The notes under the pieces were generated by a model. The model was given only the letters and a program-made list of their open reading frames with translations, did not search any database and was not told where the DNA came from. Shown one piece after another: positions 24,001 through 39,000 of a stretch of DNA of 64,000 bases (within the stretch, counting starts at the first letter, position 1; every line of letters begins with the position of its first letter). The DNA comes from Candidatus Omnitrophota bacterium (GTDB lineage: Bacteria > Omnitrophota > Gorgyraeia > Zapsychrales > JBDRMG01): assembly GCA_043812495.1 (NCBI GenBank), contig JBDRMG010000065.1, positions 2,339 to 66,338 on the forward strand. Direction: 5' to 3'. The position numbers were made by a program, and so were the translations under genes.

Positions 24001-27000
24001 ATTCCAAAGATGTTAGAAAACTTATCCGATGGAGATCTGCGCTATTGTTATCTTGCCCTTTCTAAACAGGAAAAGGCATATCGCCCATTTAAAGCCGGTC
24101 AAATGCCAAAGACGACGATTGAGAAGATCAAAGCCAGCCGCCTGAGCCTGGCTGTGGAATTAGCGGAAAGTTATCTTGAGGCCAAGAAAATATTCAACCC
24201 ATTAACACGAAAAGGCCTAAGAAAATGGACCTCTTGGGTCCTCTTCGTTCCCTACTTCTTAGCCCGCGTGACCTATCATTTTATTACGTCCCGTTCCACG
24301 CAAAATATCAAGCTCTTAAAACAAAGATACGATTGTGAAAGAGGCGTGTTCCTGCCGGCAGCCTATGAAGATCCTGAATACTATCTGGCCGTTGAATTGC
24401 GCAAAGCGCAAAAAGGCTACACAGCGCTTGAAAAAGCCTCCCTGGCTGGTTTTGCCTCAACCATGGTCGCGCCCATCGCCAGCGGCCAGGGAACATGGAT
24501 TTTTGGACGGGTGCTTTTAGCTGGTGTTACCTGGCTTGTGAGCGCGACGTTTGCGCCTCTTCTGGCGGGATTGTTCATATTCGCGCCGCTTGTTTTTCTT
24601 TTGAACTTAATCGGATTAAACGGTCTTGGGTTGACAGCCTTTGCGATCCGCATCGGCTTAACTGTTTTGGCCTTATCTCCCAAACGAGGCCCGACGCAAG
24701 TTATCCATTTGTTGAAAACGGCCGTGAGGTCAAAACTCTTTGACGCAAAAGGCCGAATCATGACACTGGATACGGCAAGAATCATTGCCCAAGGCGATCT
24801 TTTGGATAGTCAAAAGCGCGACATCATCCGAGAGGCCTTCACAAAAGGCTGGACCTACAATGTTTTTGGCAACAGAAGTCTTGATCTTTTCTTTGAACAA
24901 GCCTTGGGTGTTACCAAAGGCGCCAATGAAGACGCGATATGGATGATTCCTTTGGCTGTTATCGCTTATATCCTTAATCCATTCTTTGCGCTTCCTTCAC
25001 GATGGATATCCAAATTCATCATGGAAAACAAGTTCATTCAAGATCCCCAAAACATAGTAAGGGCCAATTACCTGATCTCAGGCCTGGCTAATCAGCGATG
25101 GGGATTCGCCTCAAGCTCTGTCATGATGTCATTGATTGGCGTTGAAATCGGATTATTTATTGGGGGCACAGAACTGTTAGGCGGTCCGTTTGAAGTTATC
25201 GGCCATGCCGCGGAAGGACCAGACCATAGTTATATCGGCATCGGCCATACCATCCTTACCCCCATAGTGGATATCGTTGATCCGATGCATGATATTTGGC
25301 TGCCTCTAGGCGATACCTTATTGGGCGGCAAGGATAGTTTAGCAGATCATTATATGGCCCACCAGATAGGTACGACAGTTGAGAATGCCAAACGCTATAA
25401 TCGTCTTTCAGAGGAAATCCCTGAATTAGAACAAGAAGCAAGGGATTTAGGCGCGCTAAGGAATTTGCTTGGTCATGTGATTAAGGGAGACCTGCCGCTA
25501 TTCACTGCCGCGACATTAACTTCTGGCCCGTCAGCCGGAGCGGATAAACTCTTTGCCCCAGCAGACACAACTATGCTAGCCGGGATCGTCCCTGATTCAT
25601 CGGTCAGCCCGGATTCTGAGCCGCTGGCTCAGAATAACAACCCTGAGCAAGCCTCGCCATTTATGGCGGGGCGCGTCGAAGGGCTGGCTGATATGAGCTT
25701 GGCCAGCGTTAGCTCTCCTTCTGCCGATAGCGTCCATGATGCTATTGACCTTTTCTTTGCCAATGACGTTGAGAATGCGCCGGATTCAAAGCATTCAAGC
25801 GCCGATGATACCGTGAAGATCGCAGCCATATATACAGAGAATCAAGCTGACTCTCATGAGGAAGGCGCGGCAGCCGCGGATGAAGAAAACGCGATTGATT
25901 CTGATTCTGCTTTGTCCCAAAGATATGCCGGGACTTCGCAAGATGTATCCGCAGCCGCGGATGAAGAAAATGCGATTGATTCTGATTCGTCCCAAGGTGT
26001 TATCGGAGCTTCGCAGAATGGGTCTATGGAGTCGGCCGCGGAGGTTCATGTGAAAATAGACGAGGCCTCCGCGTTAGAACACATGCAGGCCGATCTTAAT
26101 AAAACAACAGAAGAAGAAATTAAGAAAAATACAAATCAGACAGATCGACAAGAACAGATAGAAAAAGTTAAAGAAGCAACCCAAAAAGATCCATTGATAG
26201 AGAAAGCAAAGGTTGAACTTGCCAAAGTCGAACAAGCTATTACAGAGAAAAGCGAACAATGGAAAGAGAAACAAGAAGAGCTAAAAAGCGTTCAAACCGA
26301 TATTCGAAAAGATCAGCTGACAAACGCCATTAAGGATTATGATGTTGGCATCAAAACAGAAAGCCAGGAATTCTTAAAATTGACCAGCCAGCCTGGATAC
26401 GATTTTTCCGGCGATAGGACCGCCAGAGAAATGCTTCAGGTTGTCCGGACCATGACAGGAAGCCAGGAAACCGGCGATATTTTCACAGCGGATGAAGCAA
26501 GGGTATTAGTGGAAGAGCAAATCGCGTTGATTGATAAAGAGAACGAAACAGGCGAATCGCAGGATCCCCGCGCTAAAGTAGCGAAAAGCCTGGAAGCCCA
26601 ACAGATTTGGCTCAGGCTCCCGTCGGTGGAAGAGCGCCATTCAGAAGTCCTTGATCTGCCGCCTTTTATTGCCGAACGTTTTGGCTCAAGAAGAATTGAT
26701 CTTGAGAGAAAATGGGTTGAGCTCAGTATCAAAGACAATGATTCGGACCAGGAATTGAGCGATGAAGAGAAAAAAGATTATGATGCCATCCGGGCATCTT
26801 ATCAATACATCAAAGCCCATGAAAGACAAGATGAATTCAAAAAGAACCCGCCGACAAAGCGAAAAGGCTGGCAAGCCACAAACGAAGATATCCAGGATCT
26901 TGTCGATGCGGGATATTTAGACCAATGGACAGTATGGTTAGCCCATGCTACAAGGCAAAACTTAAATGAAGCGGCCCTTGAGGCCGTGGCTGTTTTGCAG

Positions 27001-30000
27001 ACCATCCATGAGATTGATGAGCGCAAATTCGGCTATCCTGTTTTTGGTCCTGAAACGCGCCAGGCCCTGGAAAAAGATTTGGAAGACGTAGTAAATCGCG
27101 AGGAACAACTCTCGTTCAATCGCTTGGAGCGCCATGGAACAGAAGATCCGGATCAGTTAAAGAAACTTGACGACGAACAAGAGCTGCTGACAAAGGCAAT
27201 CGCGGAATATGATCAAAAGATATATAACGCCATAGTACAGGCCCAGGGCGAAGACATTGACACGCAAGAATTAACCGCCGCATTTGACCAGCAAGAAAGC
27301 GCGCAAACCGATTCCCAAACCGATTCCCTGGACAGCTTTGTCCTTTTTGACCCGGATAAACCTCTTAAGATCCGCAAGGATGAAGAGGGCGACGGTCATT
27401 ATCGCGCCGGCCGCGAAAGAGAAGAAACAGGAAAAGAGTGGGAACATAAAGGGATTGACCTTGTTGTGGAAACCAATATGTTTATTTATGTTCCAAAGGA
27501 ATTTGACGGCGCGAAAGTCACAAGAGCTGATAAAGATCAATTTGAGAGTACGGATCATTACGGCAATGTCATTGACATTACCAAGGTGATCAATGGGGAC
27601 ACATACACATTACGTATAGCTCATGTGGGTACCGTATGGCCTGATCTCGGAGACATTGTTAAAACCGGACAGGTCTTGGCGCTCACAGATGTGATCACAG
27701 GATGGGCTCATCAGTCCATGCTTCCGGGTTCCAAAATGCTCGAACATATTCATGTTGAGATCTTGAAAAATGGTAAAAATGTTGATCCAGAGGAGCATAT
27801 GACAGGCATTGAGGCTTCAGACGAAGACTCGCCCGATAAGAAGGAATATTTAGAAAAGCGTTCAAAAGAAACGAATCCGGCCACGGCCGTTCCGCAGTTT
27901 ACGCCTGTTGTCCCTGAAGCAATGCAGGCCTCTGTTGTTTATGGACCGGAAGGCGACTCCACGCGCGTCTATCAAGATGTCGCTCAAGAGCTTTATGAAG
28001 AAGTCGATACCGGCCGCGAAGGCCAGGTCGGATTCGGCGCTGTCGGCGCTAAGAGCGTTTTGCCCACGGGTTATTTCACGAGTAAAAATCTCAGATTCAT
28101 ATTGAGCGGAAGCAAAACAGAAAAAGCCATCCACGGAACGCTCTATTGGCAGAATTCCTGGATGAATTCCGCCGCAAGAGGACTCTATAGCGAAGATATC
28201 GCCAGCCTTGGCATTAACAGCAAGGTCCAAACAGGCCGGTGGGCCCTTCTCTTTGACGGCACCTGGATCAAGAGCTTGGTCCCCAAAGAGGATGAAGACG
28301 GGGTTGAAATAAGATACCATGACGACACCTTCTGGCAGACTTATAATCTTGGCGCTGAATATACGGATAACTACCTTCACGTGGGAACAAATGTTTTCGT
28401 TAATCCTCAGGCCGAGGGTGAAGACGAGGAAGTCCTTGGTGACGTGAGCGTCGAAGCGAAGCTGCCCTACGGTATCGGTGAAGTGAGCGGTAATATCTAT
28501 GGTCTGGGCGATGATCCGGAAAGCAGAACATCCAGTGGTTTCATTTCCGGTGCCATTCAAAAGGAAAGATTCAACTTCAATTGGGATGTTGTCAAGCCCA
28601 CAAACTCAGAGAAATTTAATTATAACGCTCAAGCGAAATTCCCGCTCGTAAGAGATAAAGATAAAAACCGCGATGTGACCTCGATCAGCGTCGCGGGCTC
28701 GCGCGTCTATAACTCGCCTTATAATACGGACGGGTCCGCCGCTTATTTTATGGACGCTCAATTCGCGTTCAATCCCACCTGGGAATCCCGCTTAAGCCTG
28801 CGCGCCGATAAACTATTCACCAATCAAACAAGATATGTTTCTGACGTCTTTGTCGGTGATTGGTCTTTCAAGCCGCATTTTTATGGTGATTATAATGATC
28901 AAGGACAATATCACAGCCGGTTTGAATTGGCTCCTCCGCTTGGCCAAAAGAGCAGCCTGGCGTTCTATATCAACGGCCAAAAAGAAGAAAGATTTACCCG
29001 TAGAGGATTTAGTTTTTCCTACAACGATCGCGTGCGCTTTGGTGTTTCCGAAGGCCAATCCGGGGCCTTCTATCCGACGGGCAGCGTGGATTTTGGACGC
29101 TTTAGCATCACAGGACAAGGGATGCGCTATCAAGGAAGAACAGAAGTCGATGTGATCGCGACGGTTGAAGACGTCAAATTCCCTATCATTGGAGTTGTGG
29201 GCGACATCAACGGGGGTGCGCTTGTCGATGAAACAGATAAACCTTATTTTCACGTGGGCTTTAACTTTGATGCGAGAAGCCTTTATGGCAGAGGCGGAAA
29301 TCATAGCACGCCAGATCAGGATTACAGTGACTCGCGTATGTCCAGCCTGAACTCTGTTCAAAGCGTATCGAGCGCGAGCCGCGAGCCAATGCCAATAAAA
29401 AGAGTGTTTGAGCTGATGGTTCAGAACGCTCCATCTCCAGATAAATTGCAGGCCGGCATCTCCCTCTCATCGTCAGACACGCCTGCGACAAACGCGCCAG
29501 AGACTGGCTTACAAGAAAATGTTCTGACCATTAAAAATAATCCAGGCATTAAGAAGACGGGCGGCTCTTCCGCGTCAAATGTGACAGAGGCTGACCTCAG
29601 AGAATACAATCTGGCTATTGAGAAGATTCCGGCCCTTGGAGAGATGACCGCTGACAATCCCAAGGCGCGCGACATGCTCTTGAACGCCATGGTCCTTCAG
29701 GTCGGCCCCGGAAAAATCTATAAAGATGTTCAAGCCTGGCAGGCAAATCTCGCGGGATTGGCTGGCTTGAGCGAGCCGCAGCTTGTAACGGAGCTGCAAA
29801 TACAGTCTAAAGAAGATTTCAATACCGCCATCAAAGGGCTATTGCGCAAATACAATCTTTCCTTGGCAGACATTGATCCCATTCTCAAGGCTGTCTTAGA
29901 CCTTCTGGGCGCGGTGGCCGTCGAAATCCCTAATACCGATCCGGTCGAATACACCTATCCATCTCTCCCTGCCGATCAATTGTCAGCGGGCCATAAGGCC

Positions 30001-33000
30001 TTGCGCGATCTGGGCAACAGCGATCAAAACAACAAAGACGACCAAGGTGATTGGGTGCGCAATCCTTGGACAGGGGAGTACATCTCTAAGGTCTGGGACT
30101 TTGGATTTAACACAAAAGTAAAATATATCGGAAAAGACGAAAACGGCAATCCCCGGGCCTGGCCAACGGTTGGGCGCTACTTAGAAGATATCGTGAAGGT
30201 TTTTGAACTGGTGACAATAGATCAGCGTGACTACAATTACAGTGCTGTACGCAATTTGCATAACTTAACTTATTTCCACTTGGATCAGCGGGCCGGACGC
30301 ATTGAAACGGATTTTCTCTTTGGTCTCAACCGCTCCTGGGCCGTTGTTTGGTCTTATTTTGAACCCAAACTTAAATTCTGGGATCCGAAAAATAAAGATT
30401 ACAATGCCGAATTTGCCGCGAATTACACGCCCGGTTATCGCGATCCGTTGTCACCCGTACCGGAATATGACGGAAAGAAATTCAAGTATGGCCGGGAATT
30501 CAGAGAAATGGGGCCTATGTATAAATCGGCCAAAAATATCCATGAATTTCTCGTAGCCATGGACTATAAACTTTTAGAAAAAATCATCGGCCGCTTGTTC
30601 CCCTCCAAACTGGCGTTCTTTAAGAAAATGCGCGATCCCAATCGAATTCAGCCCGTCATAGGCATTGACGCGGATGAAGATTTTCATGATTGGGCCATCG
30701 AATTGGAGCAAGTCCTCAAACACGACACAAGAAAATACGGCCTGCGCATTAAAGATCCGAGCGTGCCTGATGTGCTTGAAAGATTTGAAGTTCAGATCAC
30801 GCAGGTCTGGAGTCTGGTCCTGATTCTTAAGAACTATTATGACCTTCTCTCGGACAATGAGATCCTTGATCTCTTAAAGTTCAAATTCCCTGAAATTACG
30901 GATTGCACATTGATCGATCCGGATGACGATAACTTAAGCGACGATGTGCCGAGCCAATCCGAGCTTGCGCCCAAACGGAATATTTATGAAAACAATCCCT
31001 GGCTGCAGTTTGCCACCCAGGTGGAAGAACAGGCGATTTACCTCGAAACAGGCGAACGGACCTTTTATGTTCGCGAAGGCTGGGATACGTTCCTCAATAC
31101 GTTTATCAGCGATGAAAAAGCCGATCTTCTTAATCACCGTTACGGCATTACAGGCATCAAGCAGGATTTGATCAATTACAAAAAGTTCTGGGAAGAGATG
31201 TGCGGGCCCCATCAGCCTGCGGCCGAATTATATGATAATCTCTTTTGGGTTAAAGGAAGGGATTTTGCCGGAAAAACATTCGATGATTATGAAACAAACA
31301 ATACAAAGGAAAATGGTTTTAATCGCAGAAATGACGTTCATCGGTCGGTTGTCAACGGCTGGATTCGTGATATCAAAGTCGAAGGCCGCGAAGTGATCAT
31401 CCAATACAGACTGAAACTTCCTTCCATTGGACGCTATAAGGAAAGTGTTCTCAGCCAACCAAAATTTATTCCGGCCACAGAAGATCTCAAGAAAAAATTG
31501 GAAATTGCCGAAGACCTAAAGGATATCAGAGACAAGTATGAAAAGACTATCCTCAATATTCATAGCTACACCCTGCCTGTCGATGGCGGTCCGTTTTACC
31601 AAAGATTGCTGGATTATCTGTTTCCCTCAGACCTTCATGTCTATAATCTCGATGCGGTATGGACTAAACGCTTAACCGACGCGCTGACTATAGAAGAAGC
31701 GCAAGACTTGAATGACCTATACGAAAAACTGCTTGAACACGAGGATCTTATCCAAACCCTTGGCGAAATGGCTCAGGTGCGCGGGGCCCGGGTCGAGTCT
31801 TTAGACGGCAAGCATAAAACGCTGGCCGCGGCAACGGAGCGTGACGAATTTGCCCTTCTTGGGACTATTGGCAATCTATTGATTAACACCATTAAACCGC
31901 AATTGGTTGAGCAACTTGGCCTGGATAATCAATTTCATGTTATTCAGACATTCGATAACGAAGCTGAGCTGTTTGAAAAACTAAAGCAGATTCAAGAACT
32001 CTTCTTCCTGTTAAGAAACACCAAGGGTCTTGACGCCAAGGTGCCTTTGGCCAAAGCCGGTATTGAAAATTGGCGCGGCAACCGCACGCGCATCGTGCAG
32101 TTCTGGTTTGACCTGCTTTCTTTAATTGGCGTGGACGATGGTTTTGATCCCCTGAAAGGGCCAAGCAAAAAGCCATTCAGGACCGTTATGTCCCTCATCG
32201 AGCATCTCAAGAAGGAAGAAGAAATGTCTCCGATCCTGGCGGAGATCGCGCCTCATCCGCTTTATCCGGATGCGGATATGGATGACTGGGGCTTTATGTT
32301 AAGAAACACCGAATACCTTGAGGGCGAAAAGTTTTCCGACGCCAAGGCCCATGCCTTCTCCACAGGCCGCTTTGGCCGGGATTTCCAGGAAGGGCTCAAT
32401 GTGACGGATTTTGCCTGGCTGACTTCCTTAAATAACGAAGATATCATCCAGGCCACGTATGAACCAACAGGCATCAGCAAAGACGGGAAACGCGTGCATG
32501 TGACCATGAGGGTTTATGATGAGGGCAGGCTCGAAGATATGAAGGAAGTCAAAGGGCGGGTGGTCTTTGAAAATCCGCGTATTTTAGATCAGCTGACAGG
32601 CGCCTATATCAAAGGCATGATCCCTATTGATGATGAATACTTCTGGTATATCGTGAATGAATACGATGAATACTTCGATGACGTAAAACCCAGCTGGAGC
32701 GGATTGGATATTACCTCAAAGCATAACAAAGTTCCCAGCAAAACCATTATTTACCTGGCCAAGAAAGGCTCCGATAAAGCCCTTCGCTTTGCCGAAGCCG
32801 TCAGTCTTAAAGACTATGAAAAAGGAAACGGAGAGCTCAAACAGGAAGTGACCTATTATGCCGGCCGTCAAGTCATCGCGAAAGAAGTCCAAACCATTGA
32901 TGTGACAAGCGCCTTTGGCCGCGTGATCGAAAAAGAAAATAAGCAAGCCGGCTGGAAAGCAAAATTTCCGCTCACGACCGAAATCGACGGGAAAGACGTA

Positions 33001-36000
33001 CCCAACTTCTTTGCCGGCACGGCGATTGAATCCAGATTCACCGATCCCAAAGGTGCCTTGCGGACAACGCGATTGGACGCTAAAAAGATCGCCGAAAATA
33101 TTTACGCGCCTATGTATGATGAAAACCTCAACCAGATGGCCACCCTGACCAAGCCGGCCGGTACCTATCGGCAGATACTCTCACCCAGACGCCTGGGCGC
33201 CGTCCTGGAAGAGACCAACATGCTCACCCACAGCAAAACGATTTATGAAGATTTCTTCGGAAATATTGCTCGCCGTTTCCATTATGAGGAAGATAAAACA
33301 ATCAAAGGCGTGGATACGCCTTATCGCACAGAAGGCCGTCTTGTTGTCGACTCCTCACCGTGGCGGGTGCCGGTCCTCACAAACGGCCTTCTGGTGACCA
33401 AGACAGAAGAATTTTTGGGCCAGGAAGTCGGCCAGACATGGACCGATTATCTGGATCCAAGCGTCCTGGGCCGCCGGGCCGGACGCATTTTGGGCAACGA
33501 CAATGTCATCACCAATCACGCGTTCTGGGATGACATTGCCACGGTCTCAAGCGAATTACAGCCTTCGACCGGTCATGTCGCGTGGACCTATGTCGACACA
33601 CAAGAAAACGGCGAAGTCATCGCGGATTCAATGAATCGCACGGGTGTTCGAATAGATGACGGCCTCAAGGTTGTCTCGGCCACGTTAGATTTTAATAACG
33701 GCGCTGTGATGAATCACTATGATCCTGCCATCGGCTTAAGGACCGATCATCCGGAACAAATTGTCACCAAAGCCAAAAAGACCGCTTCTAATTTCTACGG
33801 CCCGTATCCCATCTACGCGATTAAAACCATAGGGCTGAAACAAGAATTTTCCATACGCGACAATGATGAAGGTGTGCCGTTGTTGATGGATGCCGCGGAT
33901 ATGACCAACCAGACCCACAGGTCATTCAAAGAATCCATCGCGACCGACTTAGGGAAGTCCAAAAATGTCATTACGCAAGAATTATATCGCGGTCTTTATG
34001 GACAGCTGATTTATTTGAAGCGGGGCAACGGCTCGGAATCCCGCTATGGGTATTGGGTCGGTCAGACACCATCCCGCTGGATCATGACCCACGGTCCCTT
34101 GACAGAACAAGGATTTTATCGTTTGGGAACAGGCGAATCCGCCGGTGTGTTTGAAACAGAAATCATCAATGGTATTAAGACGCTGCCGGCGGATATTATT
34201 GCGACAGCCGATCCGTTTACCAATCAGCAGTACAGAACAGTCTACAGCAGTGTTCACGACGGCGAAGAGCTCGCTTCGCGGCTCGACTGGAGCTATATCA
34301 CGAAAGACGGCCAAGAGCATCATGAAGTTGTGCTGGTTGTTACCGCGACCGATTACAATGATCTGACAAAATCGGTGAGCATAACAGATATCATGACCGG
34401 TGCGTTGGCGGGCACGGAAGATGCGTATTTTGACGGAACGAACTGGGTCTTTAATGAGCGTATGCTCGATCCCAATAATCCTTCCACGGTCATATCCAGA
34501 AGATCAAAAGCCATTGAGCCTTACGGTCTGTATGCCTGGTTTAAAGATACAAAAGAGATCGTTTATCCGGAGTATATCGGCGGCGTGCAGATTGGCTCAG
34601 AAGTTAAAGGATTAGAAAGTCAAGCCGTGGAAAGAAGGACCAATGTTTTGGATTGGCTGCCCGATAATATCGTTTCAACCCGGGAGCAAGACGCGTTAAA
34701 ACAACTTAACTTAAATGAAGTCCTCTACAATCCCATCGGGCAGCCCGTCAAAGTCAAATTTGATGTTGCCGATAATATCGAAGGCGAAATCCCGTCCTTA
34801 AATTCCGAAACAGATGTTGTTTATCAGGGGGCCTCCGCTCTCTCGGATTACGGCAAGACTTACTATAATGGTCTTTTAGACTATTCCAGTCTGACGCAGC
34901 CCATCGCCGATGACATATTACCCATCGTGAAGGATAAAGTCTTCGGAGACGTCAAACGTATTGACCGGCTTGATCTGGAAGACGGGAATGCCGGGTATTA
35001 TCCGAGATCCTATCGCTCCACGGTCTTTATCTTTGAGGAGCCCTACACAGGTCCGTATACTCTCAAGGCAGTCAAATGGATGGGCCGTACCGATATGCCT
35101 AATGAACTTTTCTTGGTGGATGAATACGGAACAATCCTTGAGCGCCATGCGGTTGAAATTGATCATGCGGGCAAACGAACAACCGTTCAGATTTATCGCG
35201 TCAACCCGTTCGCCCAGAATATGCCGATTGCCTTTGATGAAATGAAGGTTCCCGCCATTGACGCTAGCGGCAACATCATTTGGGTTGATTATTTTGTCCA
35301 AGGTCTGGCCATCGATCCCTCGAATGTGTCTCAGGCCGTGATGGATGAAGCGAAAGCCGGCGACTGCAACCTTGTGCGCTCCTATCAAATTGACGGCAGA
35401 GATGATATTGTCAACATGGCAAAAACAACAGGCCTGGATGTTGACCTTGGATTTGAGCCAACGGAATTAATGACAAAACTTCCCGATGGCAGATATTTTT
35501 ACGAAAAGGTTCTTCTTGAAGATCTTCCGTATTCCAAGTACCCGAATATCAAGTTCGTCGGACCCAACGAACCTGTGCTGAATGGTGATTGGCACGAGTG
35601 GGGAGATTACGCGACATTCAAACTGTATTATGACCGTTTTGTTGATTTTGTTAAGAAACACGATCCCATGCGCTTGCCGACCGTGCACCTGGCGGATGAA
35701 GATGACGTTGTTTTCTTAAGGCAATTCATTCTAGATTATGGCGATAACGGTCAGGCGGAAAATTCCCCCAAAGGCGTAAACAACCGCGCGGATTATCGGT
35801 TGCCCGTCATATTCTTTAATACCTATCGCTGGGAAGATCCTCAATTAGCGGCCTATGATTATAACCACATTGCGCTGGATTTAAGGAACGCGAAAAGAAT
35901 TGTATCAGCACCTGCTTTTGCCTTTGGTGAAATCGGCGCTGATTCCCGTGATGAGCTGGAAGGAAAAGAACGGCAGGATTTGCAGGCGCGGGCCGTCAGA

Positions 36001-39000
36001 ATGATTACGATGCGCGCAGCGGAGCTCCAGAATGTTTATGGTTATAGAACTCTGCAATCACCATACACCCAGGAGGAAATCATGAAGCGCGGTCAGGGCG
36101 ACCGCATCCGGGGTATCGGAGGCTACATTAACTTTCAGGCCAAAGATGTTCCAGGAAAGGCGTCGATGAGCGAAGGCATGGAAGGCGCCTGCTATGACCA
36201 GTATGAAAATATGGATAAGTACGGCGTCTTGGGTAAACCGGCCTGGCAGGAAATCAAGAAGATCAATGCCCAAGAATGGGAAGTGACACCGGAAGATCTC
36301 AGAAGAATAGATGTTTATTATCGTTACACAGATTTCCTCGAATACAGGATTAATGTACCGCTTCAACAAAAAACCTATTACGGTTTGTCTCTGGAAAAAT
36401 TACCTAATGGACAGTCCTTTATCGCCAATTTCCCGCAAATGGTCCAGGACTTGACGGGCCGCGAAGGATATTTCAACAAGGAAACAGGCCGGGATCATAT
36501 TATCGAAATAACGGTTTGCCGAGGCTATGCCCCAGGATCGCCCGGCATCGGATACTATTATCAAAGCGCCATGAACTTAGAAGATATTTATAGCCCTGGC
36601 GCGTTGACTAAAGAAAGAGCCGATGAGGTCTTCCCTCTAAATATGCCGTTCGAGAAGAAACTTTTAGCCGGATTCTTCTCCACATGGCATACCGCAAGCG
36701 CTGATCCTCAAACGCTGGCCGGTTTAGGTGTTAGATTATCTGTTTATTCCGAACGAGGGGAACTGTTAAACGTAACGGTCTTAACGCCGGCGGTACCGGG
36801 CACAACGCAGACAAGTCAGACATCCAAGCAGCCTCATTCTTATTATCCATCTCAAGTCTACGATAGTCTAAAGACCGCTCTGGACATCAAAGAGAGCCTC
36901 GAAAAACAGCAGGAGGCAAAACAGAAAACGCAAAGACAGATTTATGAAGAGCAGGAAGAAGCCAAAAGAGACAGCATCTATCAAGGAATCATCAGGAAGA
37001 ATCAACAGAAACTCAATCAGGGCCAACAGAATCAGCCGCAGAAAAGCGGCTCCGGCCAAACACCGTCCTCGGAACCGATAGGCAGTTTGATTCCCGACGC
37101 CCCTGAAGACATATTTTCAAAAGAATTTTTAGCCCAGGCTCCGGTCAACTCCCCGGAATTAATGCCCATGTTGACTCCCGTCATGCCGGCGCCGGCTCTC
37201 ATCGCTCATCCCATTGAAGCGGATAACGTTCATAAAGCCGCCCAGGAATATCTTAATCGACCAACCGAAAGCAGCCTGTATACCGGACGAAAGTTAGAAT
37301 ATGGTGCCTTCGCCTTGAAGTTCTTAGAGCAGCAGTACACAAACGGCCAGCCTGTGGCCTATCGGACAAAAGACGGTGAAAGAAGATGGAACATGCAGCC
37401 AGAAGAAATCAGTGCAAGACTTCAAGAAAAAGGATTCAATGCTGATTTTGTGCTCAACCAGATTCGCAAACATGAAAATCAGGACACAGAAGAAGGAGGG
37501 ATAGCAGCCCAGGTGAAAGATATTGAAGAACAGATGCCGGAAGAGATTAAAACGGGCGGAAAGCGGCCCATTGCGCCTTATACGCAAGCTTTGAAGGACG
37601 GAACAGTGATTCCGGGAGAGAAAGTCCAAAGAACGCCCAAGCTGCCCATGCCGGAATTGGTCGAAGAATTTGACCCGCTCAAGGCTGGATATGGTTTATA
37701 TGATTTTACCCTCAGAGATTTTAAGAATTTCGGATCGGTGCTTGTTCCAACTGTCCAGAAAATATTTTTCGACAAAATCGGAAAAAAGGAGAAAACTGTT
37801 CAGTACTTGGTCGACCCGGAAACAAAAAAACTGTACTTAGGCGTTGTAGCCAAGGAAGCCACGCTCGAACAGCTCTGCTTGGATTGTCTTAAGGAATTTA
37901 TCCGCTATGAGGCCCAGAACGATCCTACCGGCGCCTGGGACTTCTTAAGAAAGCAAATGAACACGTCCATTGCTGTGGATATTGAAGGTGTGCGCGAAGT
38001 CATCAACCCGGAAACCGGCGAGAAAGAAATCCATATGCTCAAGGGCTGGACCACCTTCATCGATGTTGTCTCCGGTAAAGAAATTTTCCAAATAGACGAA
38101 AAAGAGGGTCTGGCCCGCTTTATTTTCTATGACGACCGGTATCAACTGGTGGGAAGCTTTGACTATGCGTGGGACCGCTGCTGCGGCATCGGCGCGGAGC
38201 CGGTTTTCAATGACGATGGCAAGCGCCAGTGGCCGGGCGCTAAACCGCAAAGCATATCGCTTTATATCGGTAAGAAAAATAATGAAGATAACAGTCATGA
38301 AGAAAGATTTTTCCTGGTCCATGACCTTAATCAGCCCGATATTTATCTCATTGAGCGAAGAGACAGGTATGCTTTGGACGCGGTCATGGAAGTCACTAAG
38401 GGGATGTGTGATTATCGCTACGGCTTGACTTTGGATGAGAAAGAAGTGTACCGATTAAGGCAACAGGGACTTGGACAAAGAAAAGATGCGGTCGACCAAC
38501 ATTTTATTCAATTCGCTCCTTATGAATCAACGGTTCACACGTATGCAGACTTTACATCGCCGAGCGATCCACTCAATCCATTTAAGCGGACATTTCTGTT
38601 GGTGGCTCAAGTGTGGGCCGAAAGCCACACATATGTCCTTCATGATAGCTGGGTCGTAATCCCGATGTGGCGTGAGGGTGATTTGGCCAATGGCGGAACA
38701 GGCGCACTCAGCTATTCAAAACTCTCCGAACTTCGCTATCGTGAAGGAGATTTGAGAGCCGTCGCCGTGTCCCATTATGAGCTAACCACGGATAAAACAG
38801 GTGAATATATCACTCAGAGCGGCGTCTCCCATGATTGGGATATTCTCGAAGTGATCAACGGTTTTAACGGAACAAAAATGGAAAAATGGTTTGGAGAGCT
38901 TAACGCGGATGGACGTTATGTTATGCCGGAAGAGGCGATAAAGATATACAGCATCTATGCAAAAACATTTGAGGATCGCATTCGATTTAATAAAGTGCCC

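Noticed and set aside
30100-31300. Degenerate glycoside-hydrolase TIM barrel
   Set aside because: Only a vague resemblance (YFPLD...FL); catalytic glutamates could not be placed.
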